A stretch of DNA of 64,000 nucleotides from Macrostomum lignano. Lineage: Eukaryota. The first letter of the stretch is position 1; every line of letters starts with the position of its first letter. Below are positions 25,581 through 53,079 of this stretch, piece by piece. Made by a program: the position numbers and the translations under genes. Below the pieces are notes generated by a model. It was not told where the DNA came from, did not search any database, and saw only the letters and a program-made list of their open reading frames with translations. The stretch lies in assembly GCA_002269645.1 (NCBI GenBank), contig NIVC01000051.1:744001-808000 (forward strand). The letters are read 5' to 3'.

Positions 25581-26044
25581 AATTCAAATGTGCATAATTT
25601 CTGTTTAGTTTCGCGTGTTTAATCGGTTAGATTGTATAATTAACTATTCCGAGAAACGTTTCGTAAGTTGAAAATATTTTAAACGTGACATCCAGTTGAT
25701 TAAATATTTATAAGGAGCCATTAAGTTAAGTAGTCGTTGGTAGTGCCTGGCCAGTTTATGCTTGTTGCCATGCACAGGGAATACTGTTTGTTTCATGAAG
25801 TCAGTCATTTGTACTTTTGCTCTACGTCTCCCCCTGTAAACTGGCCTGTTTGCTATTGGCGAAAGCCGAAAAATTGACAATAAATATGTATAACTACAAT
25901 TTATAGTAATTGCTAATATTCTCATTGATGAAGCATACAAAAATTTGATGAGGATTCGAAAGGCTTAACTCATTTATGTACCCTCAGTTTGGTTGCTACC
26001 ACTCTTTCTTTGAACCTAATTTTAAGTCTTCAATTTTCGAACAT

Positions 26045-26610
26045 TGAGCTCAGGTATTCTGATGACGCAGCTCTATTCTTGATTATTGATGAGCTCAGGT
26101 ATTCTGATGACGCAGTTCTATTCTTGGTTATTGATGAGCTCAGGTATTCTGGTGACGCAGTTCTATTCTTGGTTATTGATGAGCTCAGGTATTCTGGTGA
26201 CGCAGCTCTATTCTTGGTTATTGATGAGCTCAGGTATTCTGGTGACGCAGTTCTATTCTTGGTTATTGATGAGCTCAGGTATTCTGGTGACGCAGTTCTA
26301 TTCTTGGTTATTGATGAGCTCAGGTATTCTGGTGACGCAGCTCTATTCTTGGTTATTGATGAGCTCAGGTATTCTGGTGACGCAGCTCTATTCTTGGTTG
26401 TTGATCAGCTCAGGTATTCTGGTAACGCAGCTCTATTCTTGGTTGTTGATCAGCTCAGGTATTCTGGTGACGCAGCTCTATTCTTGGTTATTGATCAGCT
26501 CAGGTATTCTGGTGACGCAGCTCTATTCTTGGTTATTGATGAGCTCAGGTATTCTGGTGACGCAGCTCTATTCTTGGTTATTGATGAGCTCAGGTATTCT
26601 GGTGATAGTC
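26045..26610. repeat. 45-bp minisatellite GATGAGCTCAGGTATTCTGGTGACGCAGCTCTATTCTTGGTTATT
   Basis: About 12 near-identical units; explains ORFs 25989-26627 and 26086-26745. Confidence 0.95.
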
Positions 26611-27443
26611 CTATTCTTGCTTATTGAGCTCGTGGACGCTTCTCCGTACTTGACTCAAATCGATCTCCCTCTGCTATCAAGCAACTCAAAACTCAATTTT
26701 GAGCTACAACAGTATTCAGGCGTCAGTTCAGTGTCGGTTAAGTAAGCCGGGCAGGCACCCAAATGAACCTGCAATCAGCTGGGCTGATGGCAAGTGCGCA
26801 CAGTACAAAGTCCACTAGCCCAGCCAATTTGATAGCTTTTATGATCTGCTCCATTCAATTATTGCTGATCCTTCTATACGCATGCTCTCACGGCATCCAG
26901 CATCCCACATCTATTTATATTACACGATGTATTTTCTTTTTAGGTTGAACTAACTGTGGGCTGATGTGCCAAATCCCACAGAATAATCGCTCATGCACAC
27001 TAAATCCCACAGAATAATCGCTCATACACACTGAAATCCCACAGAATAATCGCTCATGCACACTGAAATCCCACAGAATAATCGCTCATGCACTGAAATC
27101 ACCCATGCACTTAAGCATGTACTTTTGTTTCGTGTTATCCGTCTGACTGAACTGACTTTCTAAGCAGTATTAACTCACTAAACTACATACAATATACACA
27201 TATGCATAGAGAGTTACAATATGCGCCCCTATGGCGGGAGCCAATGAGCTTTCATCGCTTGTAGAGTTCCGAGCTTGGTAGGTAGAGCTAGAGCAATGGG
27301 GGGTGGGCATCGGGCAGGCGCGAGGCGCACACACACTAAGCCCCTGATAGCAAATCTACAAAAGCTATATAATTTTTCCCTCCAAGCTAGCCAGTTAAAA
27401 GCTTCCGCCTTTTCGATTGATAATTAGCATTGCCTGACAGGCC

Positions 27444-30400
27444 ATGTCGGTTCAACAGCTGTCAGTAGCTACAGCAGATCCGCCAGATTGTCGGGTTGAT
27501 CGACAGGAAGTGTTCAAACCGAGCGGCCCATCTGCTGGTACAGATCTCCAAAACCCTGGTGAGTTGGCCTCACGCTTATGCTCGTCACGCTTTCAATAAG
27601 GCGAAAGTCGGCCCAGAAACCGACTGATTCAGGTGTGACCGACCTCTGTCACACGTGTGACAGTTCATAAGTTCAGTTTACGAGGTAATAGTTAAATTGG
27701 GAGCGAGATCAGGTGAGAGGGAAAGAGAGAGAAGTGGGAGAGAGGAATTGAGAAAGAGTGCGAGAGACGGAGAGAGAGGGACAAGGAGCGGGAGAGGGAG
27801 AAAAAGAGACGGAGGGTAGAGAAGAGAGAGGGAGGTAGAGGGGAAGAGAGAGGGAGGTAAAGGGGAAGAGAGGGAGAAACAAAGCGAGAGAGAGAAATGG
27901 AGAGAAAGAGGCTGAGGGAAGTGCGAGAGGAGAGAGGGGGGAGTGAGATAGAGGGAGAGAGGGGAGTGAGAGAAGGAGAGAGGGGAAGAGAGGGGGGAGT
28001 GAGATAGAGGGAGATAGAGAGAAGGAGATATATATATAGAGAGAGAGAAAGAGAGCGGAGAGAGGGGAAAGAGGAGAGAGAAAGGGAGCAAGAAAATGAG
28101 AGAGTTAGCGAGAAGAGGGGGAGAGGGGGAGAGAGTGAGCGAGAGAAGGAGAGAGGGGGGAGAGGAGAGAGAGAATGAGAGAGAAGGAGAGAGGGGGGAG
28201 AGGAGAGAGAGAAGGAGGGAGAAGGAGAGAGGGGGGAGAGGAGAGAGAGAAGGAGAGAGGGGGGAGAGGAGATATAGAAGGAGAGAGGGGGAGAGGAGAG
28301 AGAGAAGGAGAGGGGGGAGAGGAGAGAGAGAAGGAGAGAGGGGGAGAGGAGATATAGAAGGAGAGAGGGGGGAGAGGAGAGAGAGAAGGAGAGAGGGGGG
28401 AGAGGAGATATAGAAGGAGAGAGGGGGAGAGGAGAGAGAGAAGGAGAGAGGGGGGAGAGGAGAGAGAGAAGGAGAGAGGGGGAGAGGAGAGAGAGAACGA
28501 GAGAGAAGGAGAGAGGGGGGAGAGGAGAGAGATGAGAGAGAAGGAGAGAGGGGGGAGAGGAGAGAGAGAAGGAGAGAGGGGGGAGAGGAGAGAGAGAATG
28601 AGAGAGAAGGAGAGAGGGGGGAGAGGAGATATAGAAGGAGAGAGGGGGAGAGGAGAGAGAGAAGGAGAGAGGGGGGAGAGGAGAGAGAGAAGGAGAGAGG
28701 GGGAGAGGAGAGAGAGAAGGAGAGAGGGGGGAGAGGAGAGAGAGAAGGAGAGAGGGGGAGAGGAGAGAGAGAATGAGAGAGAAGGAGAGAGGGGGAGAGG
28801 AGATATAGAAGGAGAGAGGGGGGAGAGGAGAGAGAGAAGGAGAGAGGGAGGAGAGGAGAGAGAGAAGGAGAGAGGGGGGAGAGGAGAGAGAGAAGGAGAG
28901 AGGGGGGAGAGGAGAGAGAGAAGGAGAGAGGGGGGAGAGGAGAGAGAGAAGGAGAGAGGGGGAGAGGAGATATAGAAGGAGAGAGGGGGAGAGGAGAGAG
29001 AGAAGGAGAGAGGGGGGAGAGGAGAGAGAGAAGGAGAGAGGGGGGAGAGGAGAGAGAGAATGAGAGAGAAGGAGAGAGGGGGGAGAGGAGATATAGAAGG
29101 AGAGAGGGGGGAGAGGAGAGAGAGAAGGAGAGAGGGGGAGAGGAGAGAGAGAAGGAGAGAGGGGAGAGGAGAGAGAGAAGGAGAGAGGGGGAGAGGAGAG
29201 AGAGAACACTGACTTTAGTATTAAAAAGCCAGCAAGAGGGCGGTCAGCTAATCAACTCGTCACCCCATGCAGCAGCGAGACAGCTAAACGAATTCGACAA
29301 GTCGGGCATAAACGTAAAGATTGGCTTGTGTCTTGTGATCGAGCCTGTCTTTTCTCCTGGGAGCCGGCGAATCGTCGCGTCGCTCTCTAAGTCAGTCGGG
29401 CACAATCAGATTCGCTAGATCGAGCTCCAGCTTCCCCGCCTTCTACTCATTTCTACTCGGCCGCGACTTAATTCACTTGGCAGGCCTCAGCAAAATCGCC
29501 CCCAGCCCAAGAGCTAGGCTAGAGAAAATCTAAGAAATGCCTATGATATGCTTGCATATCAGTCACTAACTGAAAAAAAGGCATTGAAAAATCGAAATTT
29601 GATCATCTTATTTCTTATAACTTTGTCTCGGATTTTTTTTAAAGTTAAATTTTTTTTAAAGTTTAGTGAGTATATATGATGTAACCGCCCTTGTCGCCCG
29701 TCCGCTCCGTTGAGAGATGAACGCATGACCAGAGGGGGCAATGACCGCAGGCTGCCTATGACCGGGCAATGACCTGACGGACCTCCAGCATCAGGCTGTC
29801 CCGCCCACATGATTGATAGCTTTGGTAGCGCTTCGTGACCAGAGGGCCAAGGACCCACATGGACCCCACCTGTAGCCAAGGTGCAATAGTTGGCCACTCG
29901 GTCAGACCTGGCGCACCTAGATCTTACTACCAGACCTCTCGAGGCTAGAGCCCCGCCTGGATTGGTTACCAGGGGATTTAGGCTAACAGGGGAGACACAT
30001 GCAGCCGAGTACAGGGACTCTGCTTGGGGCATGATCGGGAACTCTGGGCTCAGTCTGGAGGATTTCTCAGCAGGGGATCCTTTGTGGCTGTGAGCGAGGC
30101 TGACTTGCGGTTTCAATTACTAAGAGTAGTATGAGGCGAACATGTACTGTCTATAGTTTAGATTGCTCAGGGCGAAGGGACGCGTCAGCATGGGGTTGCA
30201 ACCTTCCTACTGCCATTCTGTGCCAAGACTCGCTAATCCCTCTACTGCACGCACACGCGGCCCCGCAGCACGCACTCACAGGCGGGCTTTGCACGGGGAG
30301 AGGCCATTAGCTTACCCAACTTCCTTATGCTTTGCCACCCCGAGAGAAAGGCTTAGCAAGCCATGGGTGAAATGATGGTGAAAATGTGAATAATGAGGAG

Positions 30401-32652
30401 TTTAGTAATGGTTAATAATTAGGCCCCTAGGCGGAATAATCAGGCAATTAGGCGGCTTCACTATTGAATAAATACAGCAAATAATACGGTATCACAATTG
30501 GCTCAGCTCTCTAATCAAGCAATGGAAAATAGGCAAACCCCGGATAAGCAAAGGCAATTAGAGCACAAATTAGTAATAGGAATTTACCGGCCGCTGCACA
30601 GAGAGAGAGAGAGAGAGAAAGAGAGCGATGGAGTGACCGTGGGCGGCTGTTGGCTGCAGTCAGGCAGGCTGTGAAGCGGCGATGCGTTGAAGCGACGAGG
30701 CGCTGATGTAGTTCAGGCGATGCTGAAGATGATTGTCGGTGACAGACCGCGGACCGGCAGAGGTTCGTCCTATAGACGAATGGGTCAGATCGAGGTCTGA
30801 CGGCGAGTCCACAATAGGGACAAGACAAAAGCCGAAGCGTACGCAGCTGAGGGTTCTCATGCCGAAAACCGCTTCCTTATATAGCCTTCCCAGCCACCGC
30901 TCCAAGTTCGTTTCCATGACTCCCTCTCTCTGATTGGCTGCCGGCAGAATGACGTCAGAATGAGTCATGATGAGAAGCATGAGAACGGCATAGCAACATG
31001 AGAAATGGGAGAATTGCCGGAGAAGGGGTGGGTGGATAATTGGCGCAGCGGGAGGTCGCGAAAGTGTTGCGCAAGCAAACATTGAGAACAATGGGGCTGG
31101 GGTCGAGAACAAAGGAAATGGAAATCGGGGATAATTGGGGAGAATCGAGAAAAATAGAAAAGTAAACATTGGAGAAAAGGTGCTAATTGGGTGCGAAAAC
31201 GAAAACAAAAGAAAGAGAAGATCTGGGAAAATGTGATAATTGGGTGCGAAGACGAGAACAAAAGAATCAAAAACGAGAACAATAGAAGCGGAGGTGGGGT
31301 GGGTGTCGCATGAGAAATTTGGGGAGGAGAACAATGGCATGAGAAAAGGTTGCGCAAGAGGGGTGGTGAGTCATCGATGAGTCATCGAGGGGAAAGAGGG
31401 GTCACAAGACTTGCATCACCGTTTGGGAGTTTCTATAGGGGTGGGGAGACGGTGAGCGCACAAAGTACTGTAAGTAGGTACCAGAAAAGGGAGGGACAGC
31501 GCAGAAAAAAGTGCAAAAAGAGAAAAAAATATGGGAAGCGGGAAAAGTACAAGATAGATAGGGTAAAGCGCATGGGAAAAGGGGGAACGGGTGAGGTACA
31601 GAGAGGTGTGGGGGCTCCGGAAAGGCATGTGTGGCGGCGTGGGAGACGGAGCCGAGGCAGCAGGGGGTGCAGCAGAGCGGGAGTCAGCAGGCCTGGCCAC
31701 AGACCTGGCCCAGTCTCGACGGCTCTGCTCAGGAGGCGCACGGAGATCGGAGGTACTTTTGGAAAATTTCCCTTGCCATATCCCACAACCAGAGCGTGGT
31801 TACATCATATATTGTTTTAAAAAACTTCTCTCATTTCACTCTAAACTCTTCCCCCACCGCTCAGCTCCGCACCCACCCCATCCTCCACTCTCTTTCCCCA
31901 CCGCTCAGCTCCGCACCCACCCCATCCTCCACTCTCTTTCCCCACCGCTCAGCTCCGCACCCACCCCATCCTCCACTCTCTTTCCCCACCACTCAGCTCC
32001 GCACCCACCCCATCCTCCACTCTCTTTCCTCACTGCTCAGCTCCGCACCCACCCCATCCTCCACTATCTTTCCCCACCGCTTAGCTCCGCACCCACCCCA
32101 TCCTCCACTCTCTTTCCCCACCGCTCAGCTCCGCACCAACCCCATCCTCCACTCTCTTTCCCCACCGCTCAGCTCCACACCCACCCCACTTTTCACTATC
32201 GTCCCCCACTGCTCAGCGGCGCACCCACCCCATCCTCGACTCTCTTTCCCCACCGCTCAGCTCCGCACCCACCCCATCCTCGACTCTCTTTTCCGACCGC
32301 TTAACTGTAATTTTCATGCGACAATCTTTCAGACCCGCAGTCCCTCAATGTCGTCGGGGATCCTTCTCAAGCAGCCAACCCGGACACATTGAATTCGAAT
32401 CGCACAACCTACTTACTCATGTCGATTCTAACTGCTATGTTCCTCAACATGCCGTTCGGTCTTGCGGCATTGATTTTTTCGTTTCGTTCTCATCGAATGT
32501 TGGCCCAACGGAGCGTTGACAATTGGCGCAGGCAGGCACGCAGCCAGGGCCGGGTGGCTCTGGCGCTCAATGTGACCGGAATACTTGTGAGCATGGCCGG
32601 CGTCATAGCGGTCTTCTCCACTGGTTGGATAAAGACTGCTTTGTATAGTTAA
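27444..32652 (+). CDS. CD225/dispanin (IFITM/PRRT-like) membrane protein, about 144 aa
   Basis: Exon 32333-32652 encodes YLLMSILTAMFLNMPFGLAALIFS..ARSQGRVALALNVTGILVS, a CD225 two-hydrophobic-segment pattern, behind a phase-1 acceptor TTTCAG. Candidate exon 1 at 27444-27558 (ATG..CCTG|GTGAGT, phase 1) has upstream CCAAT (~27241) and TATATAA (27366). The exon-1 link is less certain than the domain call. Confidence 0.7.
27700..29207. repeat. 1.5-kb polypurine (GA-rich) low-complexity array
   Basis: Almost entirely G/A on the + strand (GGAGAGAGAGAAGGAGAGAGGGG units). Confidence 0.97.
29680..30115. mobile_element. Probable solo LTR (436 bp)
   Basis: Starts TGTAACCGC and ends GCGGTTTCA (9-bp inverted ends, 1 mismatch, TG..CA); flanks ATGA / ATTA (imperfect 4-bp TSD); GC-richer than its left flank. 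Confidence 0.45.
30928..30970. promoter_or_regulatory. Compact motif cluster: CCAAT (reverse), CRE and AP-1
   Basis: GATTGGCTG, TGACGTCA and TGAGTCA within about 40 bp. Confidence 0.3.
31847..32301 (+). repeat. 44-bp minisatellite CCCCACCGCTCAGCTCCGCACCCACCCCATCCTCCACTCTCTTT (left arm of an inverted pair)
   Basis: About 10 units immediately 5' of the CD225 exon. Confidence 0.95.
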
Positions 32653-32761
32653 ATTGTACCGCAGTCGGACTTCACCATTAACGTCAACAGTTTTGAATGT
32701 AAAGCTTAACTAATTTTCCCGATTGTATTTAAAAATTGATTTAATTGTTTTGATATTGAAG

Positions 32762-33271
32762 GTGCGTGCGAAGCTGAGCCGTGGGGAAAGATAGAGAAGG
32801 ATGGGGTGGGTGCGCAGCTGAGCGGTGGGGAAAGAGAGTGGAGGATGGGGTGGGTGCGCAGCTGAGCGGTGGGGAAAGATAGTGGAGGATGGGGTTGGTG
32901 CGGAGCTGAGCGGTGGGGAAAGAGAGTGGAGGATGGGGTGGGTGAGGAGCTGAGCGGTGGGGAAAAAGAGTGGAGGATGGGGTGGGTGCGGAGCTGAGCG
33001 GTGAGGGAAGAGAGTGGAGGATGGGATGGGTGCGGAGCTGAGCGGTGGGGAAAGAGAGTGGAGGATGGGGTGGGTGCGGAGCTGAGCGGTGAGGGAAGAG
33101 AGTGGAGGATGGGGTGGGTGCGCAGCTGAGCGGTGGAGAAAGAGAGTGGAGGATGGGGTGGGTGCGGAGCTGAGCGGTGGGGAAAGAGAGTGGAGGATGG
33201 GGTTGGTGCGGAGCTGAGCAGTGGGCAAAAGATAGTGAAGGATGGGGTGGGTGCGGAGCTGAGCGGTGGGG
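32762..33271 (-). repeat. Same 44-bp minisatellite in reverse orientation (right arm)
   Basis: About 11 units, reverse complement of 31847-32301. Confidence 0.95.
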
Positions 33272-33485
33272 CATGAGCCATGATGATGGTAGTGTCCACT
33301 TTCCTACAAAATGAAGACATTAAGACAAATTAAGTTTCGCTATTTCTGCCATACCTGCTGTAGTTGCAACGATTTTTAAAATTATTTTTATGGCTTCATT
33401 AGCAGCGAAAAATAGAAGCCATTCCACGGTCAGGAACGTAAATGTTCTTTCAAGCTACTGATAGTAAGAAAAGCGTTTTTTTAAT

Positions 33486-44351
<10,866 letters not shown>

Positions 44352-44694
44352 GCTGTGATCTTGTGTTTTGTCAATCAGTTGACTGATTTCTAATTTATTT
44401 AATTATTAAAGAACGGCGAGTACTTTTTATAATAGATCTGAGCTACTTGTAGGCGCGTTCTCTAAGAACTTTGTCCAGCATAGACACAAATGTATAGTCG
44501 ATGGCGCTTACTGGTCCCAACGTCTGGAGTGCATTTTTCATTTCGTCTATGGCATAAGTCGATCGTATATGCAAGCTTTCAATGCTAAGGTTAATAATTC
44601 ATAACTGTTTAGAGTAAATAAGCGATTTATTTGACGCTTCTGGTGCTATGCTTTCCGCGCTGATGACATTTGGATGACACTTCATTTGGATGAC

Positions 44695-44935
44695 ACTTTG
44701 TGGCGCTAAAGACAGTCATATTGTGGAGGCAATTAAACTCAATATTGTGGCGCCAGTTAAACTCGTATTGTGACGCCAATTTAACTCATATAGTGGCGCC
44801 AAAGACACTCATATTTTGGCGCCAATTAAAATCATACTATGGCGCTAATAAAACTCATTGTGCCGCCTATTAACTTATTTGAAGCCAATTAAACTCATTT
44901 TGTGGCGCCAAACACAATCAATTTGTGGCGCCAAT
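44695..44935. repeat. Degenerate ~23-bp TGGCGCC repeat upstream of PC
   Basis: About 10 diverged units TGTGGCGCCAATTAAACTCAT. Confidence 0.7.
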
Positions 44936-45816
44936 AGCATTAAGTGGACCATTCAGCAAATAATTTCCAGAAAAAGCATCATAAACTAAAGTCCAATTTC
45001 GTCTTTTGTTTCAAAAGAATTTTTAATACGATTTCACGCGTAGATGGTTACTTAAAATATAATACAGCACGTTAAAATACTCGATATATACTACTGCCAG
45101 ACAACAGTAGCTTAATTGTGCATCGTAGCAATAAATTATAACAAGAGATAGAAAAACGCGCACAGAAATACTGAATGACATTTTATATTATAAAATGGAA
45201 GCGATTTGAGACAATGAAAATAAAAGTACATAAAGATCGATAATTAAGAAGATTACCTCCAAATTAAAAATATGCTCTTTATTTGTTTTAATTAATGCGG
45301 AGACAATGTTAAAACAAAAAAATCATTATAAAAACAATCTACGATTAAGTTATAAATAACTTTGTGTGTACATTTCAAGTTTAGATAAGAAAGGACACAG
45401 TGTACTTTCTGCACTCTGTACAAAACACTCGCTTTTAAGCTTAGATTCTTCATGCAAAGTAATTTTATGACATTTTTTTCTATAGTCTTTATAAGCTCTT
45501 TGAAGCATTTCATTAAAGCTTTCACGATACATGCTACTGATCTATTAGGACACTATAAGTAGCAAAATGCGCAAATTAACGATTTTTGTGTAGAAATTTA
45601 CCGGAATTAGTAATCCTAGAATAAAAAAGTACAACACAAATACATTTCTGTTGAAATTTCCTTTTACAATTAATACAGTTTGTGTGTGGAACTTGGAGAG
45701 CCAAATTAGAAGGACGCCGTTCTCGTTAATCCGGAAAATTTTGGGAGATTTGTACACACACTGGAAGATAAGAGACGGGAGATGAGAACACTGAGAGAGA
45801 GAGAGAGAACACTGCT

Positions 45817-50024
<4,208 letters not shown>

Positions 50025-50753
50025 AGTCAACTCTCAACTCTATAGCAGATTAATATGAAAGCAATCCTTGTTGCTGTAGCTAATATTTGGTCTGTGTGTA
50101 ATTTATATTCAAGTCTACAAGGTCACACAGTGGTTGGTTGCTTTCACCTGCATATAGCATACAGGTGGCATAGGCAGGGCAGGCAGGTAAGAAGGGAAAA
50201 AGGTGTGACAGATATGTAAGGAGGTTGAGGTTAAGGGCCGATAGACAAGCGCACACAACCGAAGGGCGAGGCCAACGACTGCAGAGAGAGCCTTCGCCTA
50301 ATTTAGCGCTTGGAACAGGGCGGTGGTTTGGGAGGGGAGGGGCTGGGGTTAGAAAAGAATGTACACTCCCCGAGACTGGATGTACATTTGCAAGCGCTAG
50401 TAGATTGTGTTAAAATAAAAATAGCAGCTAATAAAAGTAAATTGAGAAAAGCTTTGCTCACTGATATGCTGGTAAAAAATCTGTCTCAACTGGGGCAGAG
50501 AGCCTGATTTTTCAGGAGCAGAGAATCGCTGACTAAGCGAGGGTTTCAGCGTTTCGTTTTTTCGGTTTCAAACTGTTCTAAACAATTTATAGAGCGGATC
50601 TGGCCTAACACTCTAAATGTATAGATAATCGTATACGTGTACAGATTTGAAGGCCTTGAAGATAATACTTTATTACCCTGTTGGTTACCAAATCGTAGGT
50701 TTGGTCAGAGAATTTCAGAAAGTTCAGTAAATTATATATTAGTAACTACACAA

Positions 50754-50784
50754 AACCCTAACCCTAACCCTAACCCTAACCCTA
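50754..50784. repeat. Interstitial telomere-type repeat (AACCCT)5 = (TTAGGG)5
   Basis: Five perfect hexamers. Confidence 0.85.
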
Positions 50785-51174
50785 GTGTTTTTTGGTATTA
50801 AAAAAATCTCACTTATGCCCGCTTTGTCTACTAATGAAAGAGTAGCTTAAACGAGTATTACGACCGAATAATAAAAAAAACCACATAAATAAGAGCTTTT
50901 ATTATTTCATTTTTCTTGCGGCACTTTGGAAGAAACGAGCTTAATCTGTCTTCGTGTCCCACTGCCTTATCTAATCTCAAAAATCCATCGCCAAGCGCAT
51001 GCAATACCAAAATCCGCATCAAGCCCAGTGTTCTCTGCATTTTGCAGCCTCAATTATAATTATATTATTTAACTAACTGGCTAGAAGGACTGATTAATAT
51101 GCCTAGCCAAGCAAGGATGAGAATCATTCATAATCTATAGGTTTTGGCGCCCCTGAAAAAATCTCACTAAGTTT

Positions 51175-52232
51175 TAAGCAAGAGTTTCAAAATCTCATTC
51201 ATAATCTGTTTTAGGCGAGAGTTTCAAAATCTCATAATCAGTTTCAGGTGAGAGTTTCAAAATCTCATAATCAGTTTCAGGCGAGAGTTTCAAAATCTCA
51301 TAATCAGTTTCAGGCGAGAGTTTCAAAATCTCATAATCAGTTTCAGGTGAGTGTTTCAAAATCTCATAATCAGTTCTAGGCGAGAGTTTCAAAATCTCAT
51401 AATCAGTTCTAGGCGAGAGTTTCAAAATCTCATAATCAGTTCTAGGCGAGAGTTTCAAAATCTCATAATCAGTTTCAGGCGAGAGTTTCAAAATCTCATA
51501 ATCAGTTTCAGGTGAGTGTTTCAAAATCTCATAATCAGTTCTAGGCGAGAGTTTCAAAATCTCATAATCAGTTTCAGGCGAGAGTTTCAAAATCTCATAA
51601 TCAGTTTCAGGCGAGAGTTTCAAAATCTCATAATCAGTTTCAGGTGAGTGTTTCAAAATCTCATAATCAGTTCTAGGCGAGAGTTTCAAGATCTCATTCA
51701 TAATCTGTTTTAGGCGAGAGTTTCAAAATCTCATTCATAATCTGTTTTAGGCGAGAGTTTCAAAATCTCAATCAGTTTCAGGCGAGAATTTCAAAATCTC
51801 AATCAGTTTCAGGCGAGTGTTTCAAAATCTCATAATCAGTGTTAGGAGAGGGTCTCAACATCTCATAATCAGTGTTAGGAGAGGGTCTCAAAATCTCATA
51901 ATCAGTGTTAGGAGAGGGTCTCAAAATCTCATAATCAGTGTTAGGAGAGGGTCTCAACATCTCATAATCAGTGTTAGGAGAGCTAGGGTCTCAAAATCTC
52001 ATAATCAGTGTTATGAGAGCCTCTCAACATCTCATAATCAGTGTTAGGAGAGGGTCTCAACATCTCATAATCAGTGTTAGGAGAGGGTCTCAAAATCTCA
52101 TAATCAGTGTTAGGAGAGGGTCTCAAAATCTCATAATCAGTGTTAGGAGAGGGTCTCAACATCTCATAATCAGTGTTAGGAGAGGGTCTCAAAATCTCAT
52201 AATCAGTGTTAGGAGAGGGTCTCAAAATCTCA
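51175..52232. repeat. 33-bp minisatellite, two-domain array
   Basis: GTTTCAAAATCTCATAATCAGTTTCAGGCGAGA switches to GGGTCTCAAAATCTCATAATCAGTGTTAGGAGA at about 51830. Confidence 0.95.
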
Positions 52233-53079
52233 CCCTTCGAGTATGAAAACATGGCCTTAAAGTCATCACGCCACACTCACCTGCTAGCTGCAGAGCAGAA
52301 TTTCAAATCAGCCGCAGTAATGAACTGCATTATTATTTATTTAACCAGCTTTGCTCTTCAACAGCCGTCTTGAATTCAGCTTAGCAACCTGTCAGCTGTG
52401 TTTAGGATCTTGAGCAGGTCTAGCTATATGACTGACTACGCTATATAATATAGAGATATGGGATATTTGAAGAGGACAGAAAACAACGAACAGGTCTCTC
52501 TTTCTGTCCCTCTAGTCTGCTCCCATTGGCTGTTGGACTTTCAGATATCGCAGCAGCAACAGCAGCAGCAACAGCAGCTGTTTCATTGAGCATTATAGAA
52601 TTGAAGAGTTAGTATAGTACGGAGAGGTGCAGAGAACTGAGAACGCGTCTCAGAGGTTATAACAATTTTTCGTCCAATTTTCTATCTGCCACGTCTCTCT
52701 TCTCCCTCTTTTTCTGCAGCCACCCCCCCCCCCACCACCAAGGAAACGAACGAAGCGAGTTGCAAAGAAACTCAATCCCTCTCGGATCAGTGCACCCGGT
52801 GCCTTCAGGGTAACACATATTGGCCTAACACACGTGACTTTTCTGAGAATATACAGAACACAAAACGTACAGTACACACATACTTCCAATGTAGTTTGCG
52901 TTTCTTAAAAAAATTACCCTTTAACTAGGAGAGATATGGTACAAATCAGGTCTTAAGTCACATTGTAGCCGTTTTCAATCGATATTTTCTTAACAAATAC
53001 AAAGCTCATTCTTTAGTAGATTCAAGGTCATTAGTTTGATTAATTAAAAGAAAAAATAACCTAATCAATTATTCATGAT

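Noticed and set aside
25989-26745. 45-bp array as a CRISPR array or a 15-aa repeat protein
   Set aside because: The units are contiguous with no unique spacers, there are no cas genes, and the context is eukaryotic. The same applies to all other arrays here.
31350-31820. GC-rich ORFs upstream of the CD225 exon as its first coding exon
   Set aside because: The frame giving the required phase-1 donor translates to implausible low-complexity sequence. An alternative or UTR exon cannot be excluded.
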